In this document: positions 1 through 14,022 of the stretch, piece after piece
Layout: each line of letters opens with the position of its first letter
How positions within the stretch are numbered: position 1 is the first letter of the stretch
NCBI RefSeq assembly: GCF_009914755.1
Contig: NC_060936.1
Length of the DNA stretch: 64,000 nucleotides
Strand: one strand, 5' to 3'
Source: the human T2T-CHM13v2.0 reference genome, Homo sapiens
The notes under the pieces: generated by a model
The model's database searches: none
Seen by the model: only the letters and a program-made list of their open reading frames with translations
Told to the model about the DNA's origin: nothing
Program-made: the position numbers and the translations under genes

Positions 1-230
1 CTTCTGACTATAAAATAATACATAAAATTTGGAGGCAAGAAAATAAAAATCATACACAACCCAGAGGATTACTGCTAACAGTAATGCTATTCTTTCCAGC
101 ATTTGATATATGTAGATATAAATAACGATACTCACTTTCAAATTTGGGATAATGCTATAGATAATTTTTACTATACTTACAAAAATTAATACCAAATTTT
201 GAGCACTTTCCATGTTCTTTGAAAAAGATA

Positions 231-377
231 TTTTGGGGGGCCTGGCTTATTTTTTTACTTTAGATTCAAGGGGTACATTTGCAGGTTTGCTACATGAGTA
301 TATTAACTGATGCTGAGGTTTGGGCTGCCACTGATCCCATCACTCAGATAGTGAACATAGTAGTACCCAATAGGTAG
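231..377 (-). mobile_element. 5'-truncated L1 3' end (older L1PA/L1PB type)
   Basis: Reverse-complement L1 3'UTR terminus (ggtacatttgcaggtttgctacatg...tacccaataggtagttt). Flanked by direct repeat TTTGAAAAAGATA at 218-230 and 378-390. Confidence 0.8.
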
Positions 378-669
378 TTTGAAAAAGATAATTTTAACAT
401 TTGGGAAGACTAGGGTTTTTAATGATTTTATAATACTTTTCCACACATGACCATGATTAATTTTTTTGTATTGTTGTAATGAGTTTTACTATTACAAATC
501 GATTGCTATTTTTGCTTCAATGAACAATCATATTGCTATTTTTAAACTGTCATAAAGAACTTTGAGTAAATATCCTTAAACATAGATCTTGGACATACAT
601 AGGTCGAATTTTTCCCCATGTAGATTTCTAAAGTAAAATATTACTGAATAAAATGGTGCAAACATTTTG

Positions 670-800
670 TTCCTTCCTTCATTCAATAAATATTTGTTTC
701 GTACCTATTTTGTGTTAGACTCTATTTTAAACCCTGGAAATACAGCCATGGATAAGAGACAGCACCCACACTTAAGCAGCCTTCAGTTCAGCAGGGGATA
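670..800 (-). mobile_element. L2 3'-end fragment
   Basis: ttcattcaataaatatttg...tacctat...ggaaatacagc matches the reverse complement of the L2 terminus. Confidence 0.6.
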
Positions 801-852
801 TAGTAATTACACAATTGCCCTTATCATCTTAAGTATGGAAATAATGGTAAAT

Positions 853-1450
853 ACAGTAGAAGTTCCCTTAATCAACTTACATTTATACAATTCTGGAATA
901 TCTAATGTCCTCCAGTCCTAGCCTTAGACTAATGGATTCCCCCAACACCACATACTCTTGGTTGGTTAACTACTTGCTCCTACTGGTTAAATTGTGTAGT
1001 TACCGAGAAAAAGTTTTATGTGCCCCCAAACCTATTTATATCAGTTGTACATGTTACTGTGATCACATAATTAACTATATAAAAACTGATGCTATTTGAA
1101 TGTGAAATGCTTGAGTAAGAGTCAACAAAGACAAGTTACTAAAAATAGATTTCTGAAGAGTTAGATGTGAGTGAAAAAATATAAAAGATTTTTAAAATGG
1201 TGAGTGTAAAGAATCTGCTAAAGAATCTGCATTCAGATTATTCTGCAAGTGTCTTAGATTCTTGAATCCCAACTTGGAAATTTAGAGGATACATTATAAA
1301 CTCTATTCAAAGGGCCCATCTCAGACAAAAGGCCTTAGCCTTCCATAACAGTTGGGTGAATTCATATATTTTGTGTGTGTTTTAAATTTTACAATTTCCT
1401 TCTTAAAGCCACCTGGGGACTAACTAATCACTGCTAATCTCAATTACACT
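853..1450. mobile_element. Degraded Tigger-family DNA transposon (Tigger13a-like)
   Basis: Begins with tacag. Internal motifs attcagattattctgcaagtgtc, ttggaaatttagaggatacattat and gggcccatctcagacaaaaggcctt resemble the recalled Tigger13a consensus. Confidence 0.55.
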
Positions 1451-1604
1451 GAGTAACTTATTCCTTAACAAAATCAAAGCTCTTATAAAATAGTTCCAAA
1501 CTGCTTCTTTGAAAGCAGTTCAAAACAGCTTATTTGAAAGCATTATATATCTCTTTTTGCCATAAAATAGCTAGCACTTAGTATTTAGAATTGTTGCCAA
1601 TTTG

Positions 1605-1645
<41 letters not shown>

Positions 1646-1658
1646 AATACATATATAT
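1605..1658. repeat. (TA)n(CA)n microsatellite
   Basis: Directly visible, embedded in old L1M-like sequence. Confidence 0.9.
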
Positions 1659-2829
1659 CATTGTTATAATATACTTTTAGGAAATTAATAGTGAAATTGA
1701 ACCAGTGTTTACATGTTTATTGAGAATTTGTATTTCTTTGTGAATTCCCTGCTGACCTTTATTCCTTATTGATTTGAAAAAGATTTTTAACATATGAAGG
1801 CTATTATTTTATTATCTGTCATAAATACTTTTGAAGCCTATTTCTACCATTTTAATTTTATTTATAATGTTTTTTAAGTGACCAAAGTTTTTAATTTTTA
1901 CATTAAAATTTAGAAAGTTTTTTAATTTTCACATTAAAACTTCAGAAAGTTTTTAATTTTTATTTTTATATAATCAGATCCAACACTCCATATCTTTCTT
2001 TTCTAAACTTGTCTATGTCTTGTGACTTATATAACAACCAACAAATTTGATGGGGATTGCAATGTATTGATGGCAATAGAATCAAAAATTCTATATGAAA
2101 ACCACATTTATTTGTTTTTATTTTCTTTTCTTTTATGCTCTTTCTCTGAGTTTGTAAAAATCAAAAATTATGTGGTGCACCTTTGTTATTTCCATATGCG
2201 ATTCCTTCTCCACTCTTTAACACCTCTCCTTACAAGAATAAAAATGAATGTTGTTCTTTAGAGACATCATAACTCTTAATCTACAGGTAAAAAGCACTTC
2301 TAATATATAACTATCTTATTGGCAGTATTTACATATGACAGACATGCCCTTGGTGTAGACAGCATGTGTATTATATAAGATCTATTAATATTCCCTTAAA
2401 TTAAATCATTTTGAATCTTTGAACTTCATCTCAAACATATCACTTATATATCTGAACTGCTGTTTGAAATTTTGTGACTGGGTCCATACATTCAGGCCTT
2501 CTTCAATAATTACTAATCAGATACCCACTCTTACTGAGACTTGGTGTTCAGTGCTGAAGATCACACAGAACAAGAGAAATATAGCTGCTGCGTTCCTGAA
2601 ACTTACATTCTAGCAGGGGGTGGGGTAGGAGTGCGGGGAAGAGATGGCGAACAAATTATACCAATGAAAAGTGATTATAATTTTAATAAGCATTATGAAG
2701 AAGTGCAAAGTGCTACAAAAGCTTGTAATTAGGGTTCTTTAAGAAAATTATATTAGAGCTGAGCACTGAAGGATGGGAAATAATGAGCCAGTAGAATAGA
2801 CATTTGAGTTGGCAGTGTGGCTCACAGAA

Positions 2830-3270
2830 CTCATTGAAAATTCTATGCTGCCACATCTATTTTATGTGAACTCAGCTCCCAGACAGAGTTGATTAATGTG
2901 GGCATGGGCATTTGATCCAAGGTGAGACATTTTAGGGGACTAAATCTAAGAGAAGAGAATCAATGCCTTTCTGGTGGTAGAACAGTCAATGTAGGAAGTA
3001 GACTCTGCACATTCCTATGGATCTGTTCTCTGAATGTGAGGAAGGAAATTGCAGGAGGAAAAAATAAAATTGATATCAGAGAGGCATGGAGATAAAGGCA
3101 TAGACAGAAGGGGAATCCAGGCAGCATTTCAGTTCTTGTTCCAGTTGATCCAAGGCCTGGATCACTCCTGCCCTTAATACAGTTATGTGAAATACTGGAA
3201 TTTGCTTCCAATAAATCCCGCTTTTCCCAAAGCTAATTGAATATGAGTTTCTGTAACTCTCAACCCAAAG
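2830..3270 (+). mobile_element. MLT1 (ERVL-MaLR) LTR fragment within L2 pieces
   Basis: Typical MLT1 3' end: cagttatgtga...aataaatcccgcttttcccaaagctaattgaatatgagtttctgtaactctcaacc. Confidence 0.6.
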
Positions 3271-3719
3271 CATGCTTACTCACATAAGCAGGCAAAAGGG
3301 AAGAATCACATTCCAGACAGAGAAGACAATGTATGTCAAGGCTAAAAGCAGACAGAAGACACTGAAAGAATCCTTCGGGATGGAAAGAAAAATCATCCAA
3401 GATGAAGTAGTCAGGCAGGGAGAGCTAGGATCATGTGGGGCCTTTTGCGCATGTACAGGATTTGGGATTTAGCCTAGGAGCAATTTTCATATTCATCCTA
3501 CTGAAGCACAAAGAGAAGCAAACAAACAAACAAAGGCAACTCAATGATTGAAAAATGTGCTCTTTCCAGGCATTTATTAAAAGTTCGACAAATATTTTTG
3601 AGCACCTATTGTATGCCAGGTCTTGCAGAAGTAGAGTGGAGTGAGGGGCAGCAGAAGAAAGAATAAACATTTGACTTTCCAGAAAACGTTATTAAAAGGT
3701 ATGTTTTTCAATAATTTTC

Positions 3720-3862
3720 AAATAATTTTTGTTTTTCACAACTAGAGTAGGTGGCTGCTGGCATCTAATTGGTTGAAACCAGGGATGCTACCAAAATCTC
3801 CCTCCAACAAAAAGTTATCTGGCCCCAAATATCAATAGTGCCAAGGTTGAGAAACCCTGCCT
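3720..3862. mobile_element. MER20 (hAT-Charlie)
   Basis: gctgctggcatctaa...ccagggatgcta...tatctggccccaaatatcaatagtgccaaggttgagaaaccctg. Confidence 0.8.
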
Positions 3863-4202
3863 TAGGGGGAAAAAGAAATAATGCAGGACTATTAGACATG
3901 AATAGAAAGTGCGCAAACGGTGGAGTATTTCCTCAGACTTGCTTTCTCAGATATTAAAACTTGGCTATGCCTCTGGGACACTAAAGCAGACAATTTTTTG
4001 TTCTCCAGGAACTTACAGTCTGGTGAGGAAGATGGGCAAGAAAGATGTAAACAGCAATGCTCTACGTGCTGAGATGCAAAGATGCAGATGAACTTGTTTT
4101 TCAGTGGGCAGACAAAGAAGGAATATCCAACCCAGTCTCAGGCTATTAGGAAGGCTATTTCTCTAGTGGAGAAATGTCTCAGTTGCTACATAAGAAGGAA
4201 GA

Positions 4203-4758
4203 AAGCAATTTGGAGAGTTCTCCAAGAACTAAAAATAGAACTACCATTTGATCCAGCAATTCCATTACTGGGCATATACTCAAAGGATAATACATTGTTC
4301 TACTGAAAAAACACACATGCCCTTGCATGTTTATCATAACACTACTCACGATAGCAAAGACAGGGAATCAATCTAGGTGCCCATCAACAGTGGATTGGAT
4401 AAAGAAAATGTGGTACATACACACGATGGAATACTAGGCAGCCTGAAAATATGAAATCAGGTCCTTTGCAGGAACAGGAGTGCATCTAGAAGCCATTATT
4501 CTAGGCATATTAATGCAGAAACAGAAAACCAAATACAGCATGTTCTCACTTACAAATGGGAGCTAAACATTTGGTACACACAGACACAAAGAACAATAAC
4601 ACTGGAAGGAAGGATGAAAGAGTTGAAAACTACCTATCAGGTACTATGTTCACTACTTGGGCAAAGGGATCATTAGAAGTCCAAACGCAATATACCCAAG
4701 TAAAAAATCTCTACATGTACCCCCTGAACCTAAAATAAAAGTTTAAATTAAAAAAATA
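4203..4758 (+). mobile_element. 5'-truncated L1 (old L1PA/L1PB): ORF2 C-terminus plus 3'UTR
   Basis: Translates [18 protein letters not shown] (ORF2p C-terminus), followed by L1 3'UTR and an A-rich tail. Confidence 0.9.
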
Positions 4759-6257
4759 AGGCATAAGAGAAGGATCAGAGTCAATATAAGAATACTGAGA
4801 AAAAATTAGCCAGGCAAAGTTGACATAGACATGAGGAAAAGATTTCAGACAGAAGGAGCCTCATATGCAAAGATCTGGAGCCACGAGAGTGTACGGAATG
4901 TCCATGGAGCTCAGCTTCTCAGGATGTCTGGAGCAGAGAGCCCACAAAAGGCCAAGGCTAGGAGATACGGTTGGAGCAGTAGGTCCTTGCTGTCTTTAGA
5001 GGGGCAGTTATTCAAAACTGAATCCAGTGCTTCAGGAGTCAAGTTAATAGAGTAGAGTTGTGTCTTGGTGTATTATGAAGTGGGAAGCAGTGGCATTTTT
5101 AGGTTAATTCTGACTTAATATGCTTCAAGTCTATTTTTATATTATGTGCCTGACGTGCCTCAGTTCTGTATTTCACTGTGCCTGGATATTTATATCGAGA
5201 GTGTGATAAATCAGTGATAATCTTATTTGGCATGTTTCACAACCAGTCAGTTTGACTGACACAAGGAAGCAAATTATTATATTTTAAAACTTCTTAAACT
5301 CACTTTTGTTATAAGGCAGCTTATATATTAAATATCCACCTCCATTGTTTCTTGACAAATCTTCTTTTAATTTTATGTACATGTTAATTTTCAATGATAT
5401 ACTCTTCAACCAGAGAATAGACAATATGCCACACAGATTCTAGGAATATAGTCTCAACCAGGGAACTGCTTGAGAGATGGCAGAATAAATGAGCCAGCCC
5501 AAAAATCTCAGATATAGCTCTTTCACTCTCTGGATATTAAAGACCTCCAGTTAAATCAAGAGTTTACTGTTTTCATGACCAGCCTATTAAAGGAACAACG
5601 AAAACAATGGTCTGCTGCTTTTCTAGAGGGGTTGAATTCAATTTCTCTTCAACACAGTGGGAAAGTGAGGATGGTGGTAGACAGGTAGATATTTGGGAGA
5701 CCAATAAGAGGGTCATGAGGGAAATTTAGAATTTAAGTAAAGTCAAGACCAACAGTTAGATGCCAAAAATTATAGCAGTACCTGAAACCAAGGTAAAGCA
5801 AGGTCAACCATCAACATAAAAGTGTCAAGATCCCAGTTGTAAAAGAAACCTAATACTGGCACAAAGCCTATTCAAATGAATTCATCAAAGACATAGAGTC
5901 TTTACTACACACAGGACACTATGTTTATCCATGTGTCCTGCTGGAGCAGGAGGCAATACTAGCAAGAGGCCGGACAATGGTCTGCTTGTACCAGTAGGTG
6001 AATCTCAGTATAAATGTAGTCTATGAACACTATATCCACCATGGACAATGTGCAATCACAATGAGCACAACCCTGGCAGGACAGCTGTATTATATTATGT
6101 CAAAGTCTTTCTCCTTTCATTCAAAACTTGAATAACAGTGAAAATGGGACTTCTACTCACCCCTGCCTCAAAATAAGGTATTTGGGAATAACCTGTCTCA
6201 AACCAGTACATTTCACATAAGGCCAGTTCAAACAATTGAAGGATACAAAGTTAACCA

Positions 6258-6760
6258 GGTACCATTTATTGAAGAGACTGGTCTTTCTCTATTGTGTGTT
6301 CTTGACACCTCTGTTAAAAATCAATAGGCTGTAAACATGTGCATTAATTCCTGGGATCTCCATTCTATTGGTCTATACGTCTGTTTTTATGCCAATACCA
6401 TGCTGTTTTGGTTACTATAGCTTTGCAGTATATTTTGAAATCAGATAGTGCAATGCCTCCAGGTTTGTTCTTTTTGCCTGGAATTTCTTGGAATATTTGG
6501 AGACTTTTGTGTTTTCATACAAATTTCAGGATTTTTTTAAATTTCTGGGAAGAATGTCATTGGTATTTTGATAGGAATTGCATTGTATTATATATTTCAA
6601 AATAGAAAAGGGAATTTTTAATGTTCTCATCGCAACAAAGACACATGTATGAGGTGAATAATATGCTGAAAACCCTGATTTGATTTTTACATAGTGTATC
6701 AAAACATCACATTGTATCACATAAATATGTACAATTATTATGTGTCCATAAAACAAAGTT
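6258..6760. mobile_element. L1MA-type element with 5' inversion
   Basis: About 6258-6585 is ORF2 sequence in minus orientation; about 6586-6760 is an L1MA 3' terminus in plus orientation (aaacatcacattgtatcacataaatatgtacaattattatgtgtc). Confidence 0.75.
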
Positions 6761-8409
6761 TAAAGGTCAACTGTCTGATAAATGGTGTATTCAAATTGGT
6801 CAAGAAAGAAGATGGAGAAAGATGGAAGACCAAATAGAGCCCAGACAAACCGTCATGATTGGAGTTCCTTGCCACTCCACTTAATGACTAGTCAGTATCA
6901 GAAAAATATTACTCTATAAGAAAAATACGAGGGGATTCTAATGGCACTGTCTCCATAAGGACATTTTTTTTTCGCTCAAGATTCAAAGCGGTATAGAAAA
7001 CAGCCACGTTTAACACTAGATCATGAGTCTTCTCAGCCACATAAATAGGTTTATTATGCACACGGGAAAAAATAGGAGAAGAAAGAAGAGAACAAAAATA
7101 TGGTATATGGTATAGTTTGCTCAATTAAACAGCTTCCCCCACATGACAGATACTTGCCCTTTATATTAGGAAGGTCAAATGGCTAATATCAAGTGCAACT
7201 AAGCGCCCTTGTTCTAAAGGCAGATGCTATTTCAGATCAGCATGTTTTTTTATTTTTTTTTTAAGTTGAACTCTGTTGTCCTTGAAAATGTCAGGTACAA
7301 ATCCTTTGAAATGTCTGACATTTTCAAATTCCAAGCAATGAATTGTCTAAATCTGTATGGAGAATAAGAAGCAAAGTTAAGAACCTAAGTTTATTCAGGT
7401 TTGTGAGTTTTTATAATGATCCCATTTAAAAGATTCTCATGTCAAAGTCCAGTGAACTCATTAAAATACTTCCTAGAAATCAAACTAAAGCATACATTCT
7501 AGATCAGAACAAATCCAATGATACTTACTCTTTTAAAAATCTCAAAGGCATGAAAAGCCCTAAATATTTGATGGCATTTTAATTTAATAAAAAATGAAAA
7601 ATACAAAAGAGTAACCACAGACCGAAACACTGGGATAAAACCAAGAGCTATTTAACATTGAAGTAGACATCTTTCTCTTTGAAATGCTCTGTACATGTCA
7701 CATGTAAACTTAAACCACATTTAGTAGGGCAATCAAATCCTCTCTCTGAGAAATCTTTACTTAATATTGAAATTCACGTCTCAGATTTAGTGTATGACTG
7801 CAACTGATCACTGTATATGCTTAAGAGAAGATGGGTGGGCATATTCATGGAGACACAAAGCTGGCCCACACAAGGAAGAAGAAACCCGACATGCAGAGGG
7901 GAAGTTGAGATGAATCACCGTATGGAGAGAGAGACTAAGGGAATAGCTACCTTGGGTCTCAGAAAATGTTCAGTAGGCCTTTAGGCAGGAGAATTGAGAC
8001 AAACTTTAAAACAAATTTACCTCCCTAAAAGCATATGGGGAAAAAGAGGGCAATCATGAAAAGTTATTTCAGATGGTCCTTTCTATATAAAACTAGAGAT
8101 CTGGGACCCCTGAGCCAGATAAAGAAATTATTTCCGAGTTTGCTGAACGGCTCTGCCACACTCTGTTCTTAAAACAAAGCTGGTGTACTGCTAGGGAAGC
8201 AGTGGGACTCCAGATATTGGAAAAAAAACTGCATTTAAGAGAAACAAAAAATGAGGCTGACCAAACAACCACAGAAAAAACAACAGGAAAAATTCGGAAC
8301 ACTATTTACCATTTTACTTTGCTTTGGATAGTCCATACTTAGGATAGTAATCTGTAATACACAGAGTAAGTTTTCAAAGGGTCATAATGGGAAAAGTCTG
8401 TTTTTGATG

Positions 8410-8825
8410 ATTAATTGAAAGAGTTGGGGATGTGAAGCCTGGAAAAAAGAGATCTCAAAGATGAGAAGATGAGAGTCTGCAAATATTTAAATGTCCATTA
8501 CATAGAAGAAATAGTCATATAAGCCTTGCTCTCCATTTTCAATTGATTGAAATTATGTGCCAGATGTTACCTTCAAGTTTGGAAGTAGATTCATATATAC
8601 ACACATAAATACGTAAACAAATTTATAAAGATGTGAAACAGAACTTTCCAACAAGTTTGAACAATTTGATCTCTCAAAAAATGTAGGTGAACTTGTGAAG
8701 TAGCAAGCTGTGTTAACACATTCAGCTGAAGACTGGTCAGGAGCATTGTAAAGGGGAGTCATGCATTTATTAGGGCTTAGAGCACATAGCTTCCAAGTGT
8801 TTGTTCAGTCCTGAAACTGAGTCAA
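8410..8825 (+). mobile_element. L3/CR1 LINE 3' fragment
   Basis: ttgaaagagttggggatgtgaagcctggaaaaaagaga...caaatatttaaa...gaactttccaac...ttccaagtgtttgttcagtcctga resembles the L3 3' end. Confidence 0.6.
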
Positions 8826-11800
8826 TATGGTTACTTGGAAAGAGAAAATGTACAGCATTAAGAAAATTATGCACACCTGGCTTATAAGAGGTAATCATAA
8901 AAATGTTTAATAATTTATGTACAAACCTAGATTATTGAGAGAGGTGGTATTTTAAAAGATGACAGTTTTGTAAACTTGTACTTTTTCATTATTCATTTAA
9001 TAATTTCTGCCCTGGAACAGGCAAATGAGACCCAATGAGAATCCCACATTAAACTATTTCAACATTTTAGCCAATAAAGAAATATTTCAGCCTTGAGCTT
9101 AAGACTTTGACATTAAGTGGCAAACATCTCCACTTTGAATAAGATTGACATATTTCTAAGAGGCTTTCTGAAAACTATTTCCAGGCACTTTCAGCAAGAC
9201 TGAAATCTGTTCAAGTATAAATTCAATATTTCAATACTCAGAACTGAATCATGTGTACGGAGTCATTTGTCAAAATAGAATAAAAAGTTTGTTTTATTAT
9301 TATTGCAACAGTACACGAGAAAAGCTTTTCTACATATTTTCAAATGATTATTAATTCTTTGAGATACAGAAATTAATATTGCCAAGATTAAGGTCTTAGT
9401 TATTTAGGCTAAAATGGATCATTTTTATAGGAATTAGGTTTTAAAGCTCATTACACTCAAAGATTTCCATTATGATCTAATTTGAAATGAAAGTAAACAG
9501 AAATAACAATTTTGTTCTGCTAAAATAGGAAGTCACTGTGCTTCAATAAAATATCACAGCACAGTTACAGGAGAAGCAATAAATAGGCTAAGATGCGTGG
9601 CTCACGAACAATTATCAGCCATGTGAGAATTCATTATTAGTTTCTAGAAAATCATCTTTGTTTGTGAGGCATCACTAGCTGTTTTCCCAACCATAGATGG
9701 TATGTTGTTGTCTGCCTTGAAAACACTCATCTGGCAGTATCACAGAACTTAAAGAATATAGACATTGTGTGTGTGTATATATATATATGTGAATATAATG
9801 CAAAGCAACTATCCAAAATTCAAGGAAATTTACCATCATGTTGAGTTCAGGACCACCTACAGAAAGATGCCTAGGTCACAAGAGATTTAACATGATGAAA
9901 TGGTCTGCTTGAACTGGTAACTGTGGGTTCCTGGGGAAAAAGTTAGCAGAGAACAAACAACAAAGGTATTTCATAAATATAATAAAGTCAAATGAAAAAC
10001 TCCAAGAAGTTTCCAAGGCAATTAGTTGAGTTGGCATTATAAATCTCTGGTGCTTGAGAAGGCTCCAGCCTAATCATGCCCGTAGCAGTTGTAGTACTGG
10101 CAAAAATATAAGCTTTTCTTTATTATGACACAGGCCATCCAAGAAGACTATTGAACTTTAAATTATTCTTAATAGCTTTAATGAGGTTCCCCTGTTTTAA
10201 TTTACTCAATCAGAGACACAGTCTCTAAGAAAAAAAAAGGAAAAGTATACAGAGACTCTAAATATACCCAAGTGTTTGGTCACCCCCAAGTTCTGGTCTC
10301 CAACACACCAAGCCAAGTCTTCTCATTGCCTTGTGGCACCAGGACAAGTGACACAGTTACCTTGAAACATTGCATCATGGACGATTGTGGCTTCAGGATC
10401 AAACTTTGGTTTCTTAACAAGATCTTTAACACAGAAATTTTCCCTATGAAGAGTTGGTATTAGGTCTTTGAGAGAAGTTCAGATTTGAGACATTTTTTTA
10501 ATCCCCTAGAGGTAAGCATGGTAGTTTAGTATTCTTCTGGGGTGATTATCCATTTTCCAAAGAGACTATCTTAGCATTTGGACTTACAGCCACATATTTT
10601 AATGTTCCCCAATGTGTCTAGAGGCATAAGCAATTATTTGATAACTCCAAAGTCTAAAGTGTTTTGTTACTAACACTCATATAAATGATCCACAAAATAA
10701 GGTTCTACAAGAATATAAAGTGTCCAAACATACCATATGGAAGGAGTCCAAAATATTCCTGATAGAATATAAAAATGGTTTCCTAATCCCATTTTATAAG
10801 ACCATAATTCCTTCACTAACACTACAAGGGAATAGTTGTGTTTAGCCACAGAATTCATTTTATAAAATAAGCTTTTATTCAGCTTTGCACAATGGTATTG
10901 AAAGTCCTATTGGTCTATGTTTTGAAATAAAAATACTATATTTTGAGCCAAGATTGGGAATCCAGACCCACTTTGAAATATGAAACTTTAGCTAAAGAGC
11001 AACAAAAGTTGATCTTGAAAAAATAGGGATTCTAGAACTGATCAATAGCAATATCCTAGAGCATCTTCATAGGTGCTGTCACTGTATGTCTGGTATACCA
11101 GACGGATAGACTTTTTTCTATATTTACTAATGCATCAAAAATATTGTTGTTGTGACTGGACAGCCCATATTCCTCAGCACACCTTCTTCAAGGTATTAAG
11201 ATGTTGGGCTCTTTCTTTTCTGAGCAAACAAAGAGTCAACAGGATTTTCTAAATGATTAGATTTAAAATTCAAAAATACCTGTGTAAGATGAGTGATAAT
11301 CATTCTAGTACTTCTACCAAAGTGATACAGCATTCTCACTAACAAGACAATTTCTTGTTTATGACTTATTTAGGGAAAGGGAAAAGTTTATCATTTATTT
11401 AGGAAACTTATACTCTGATAAAATAAGACCACAATCCCAAGATAGATTCAAGTAAGAAAACCTTTACCATTTTTAAATGCTTCCATAAAATAAAGGTTAA
11501 CTTGATTATAACTATTGTCTTTGCTTACATAACTTAAACATTATTTCAATTAAAATAAAAACTTAATTCTTGATTAAACTAAAACTCTAATTGCATCCAC
11601 GAACAACTGTCCACCCAATGATAGCTCTGAAAATAATAGTCACATTTTGGTAGAGGTATTTAATTTCCTCTACCAAAAAATACAAAGCGATTTCAATAAC
11701 TGTGACATTAGTGTGGTAAAAGGTCTGCAGTTTCAAAATCCATGCTATTACTCCAGAGAAAGTGAAAACTTGAGTTCATCTCCCAGGAGTATTTCATCAA

Positions 11801-13183
11801 ACAAGCGACTTTGTGATCATAGCTTGCAGTCTTCCTTTCCTCCTTACTTCCCACACAGGTTCCTCATTCTTCTCTTAGCTGCCCTCCAACCAACTACACT
11901 TTCCTTCCCACACAAGTCTTTTACTTACCCGCTACACAGCAACTATCTCTTACTTTCATCGACCCACTCAGGCTGACACATATTTACTCACTTCCTAGTA
12001 ATTTTACTTTTTTGTTCAACGTTAAGAAGAACTTTTCTGTATTATCTCTTCTGCTGTTGTGATTATACACATGCACACATTTTGTCCCTCTCTGCGAATA
12101 GATAAGAGTTTATTAAATACTCACTGTGTTCACAATTTTATTAAACTAAAGTGTTTTTTCTTAGTTGAGGAGTTCCTTGACAGCATAATAATCTATTCAT
12201 TTTCATAGTCTCTTGGTACTTAAGTAGTATCTGGTACAAATAAATGCTCAATACATATTTGTTGAATGAATGAATGATAAATAAATTACTGGGAAATAAA
12301 ATGTTTGGAAGAAAAGAAACCCATAAGAATTTTATATTACTTCTGAAATTTAACTGTCCTCAATTTTGGACATGTATACATTACTTTGAGAAACGCATTA
12401 CATGAAAAATGCGTGAGAGAATTACGTTAGGATATAATTATTTGCATGTCAACATGATTAACCTAAAAGGAGTGAATTTTCTTCAATTAAAATGAACTTT
12501 CTTACAAAAGTTTGTCTAACAAAAATTTTAGGAAAGGAAAAAAAATTTAAAGCAAAGTGCATCACCTATCTTTGACCCAAAAGTCTGCAGAGCATGAGCA
12601 GTTTTTGCCACAGTGTTTCATAACAGTGTTAGAGCTGCGTGTCTTTGTCAGGAAAAAAAGACCAGCAGTAAGGGTGCTTTTATTTAAGTAACATCTGTTT
12701 TGAGATATGACATTTGCAGAGTTAGAAAATAATACATAGGCTATAACTACTATACAAATAACCCAATAACTGATTAAAAGGGCATGCCAACATGTTTTCT
12801 TCCTGAATTCTCTATTAGTGGGCTTGTCAGTTTTATCTACAGTTGATTTTCATTTCTCTGTATAACGCCAATCCAGTTTGTTTCAAATCAGAAACAATTA
12901 ATTCAATTGATGGATTTTCTCGATATTAACCTTCCAGTGAGTTAGCTATAACTTCAAAACTCATTATAAAACAGCTCACTTTTTTTCTACTAACAGGTGA
13001 CACTGAGATTCCTCAAAATACTCCTACAGATACACATTTGCAAACGCAGATGAATTGCATGTATGGGCAAATAAATCGGAGCTGGTTATTATATGTATGA
13101 TATCACATTTCAAAAGAGCAAAACAACTCCCCAGTATGACCCATACTTTAATTTTCTTTCCCAAGAAATGTCTTTAAAAGTTT

Positions 13184-13607
13184 ATTAAGTGTTCATTTTA
13201 AATAATGTGCTCACTGTGTATAGGAATTTGTATTTTGGAGGTGCTTGATCTATCTACAAATAAAAATTAATTAGGAATGACCTTATTATAAAATGCTCCT
13301 AAAAGTCTTAATTGTACTTATTTAAAAATAAAAAGTGAATGCTAGACTTGTGTGCATGGAAGTAATTATGGTACATTATTATTGCAGTTTAAAAGTTGTA
13401 CATAAGATATTTTGTTTTTACTGTATGTTTTTACTGAATGAACTATTCCCCATCCCAAGGCAATCATGAATAAAATTAAGTTAAACATAGCGTGTGGCAT
13501 CACAGTCTCTTAGAATTTGTTTCATCTATTTTATTGAACACTGTATCTTCAGTTATCCTGTTTGAAGAAAAAGGACAAATAAAACATGGCCAGCAAAAAA
13601 AAAAAAA
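13184..13607 (+). pseudogene. 3'UTR-only processed retrocopy (parent tentatively recalled as the HNRNPA3 distal 3'UTR)
   Basis: Non-repeat AU-rich mRNA-like sequence ending in AATAAA (13578-13583), 11 nt, then A13 (13595-13607). Short aagttt repeat on both flanks. The parent assignment is from memory only. Confidence 0.65.
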
Positions 13608-13719
13608 TAAGTTTCAATATTTATAATAGTATTATCAGTAAAATTAAAAATTTGCATATAGCAGAAACAATAATATGTTACATTGGTAAGATATTACTTT
13701 GGTAAGATATTTATGGTAG

Positions 13720-14022
<303 letters not shown>

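Noticed and set aside
1490-1960. Short tandem duplications (25 bp at about 1491-1541; about 31 bp at about 1884-1962)
   Set aside because: Ordinary slippage events in AT-rich old repeat DNA.
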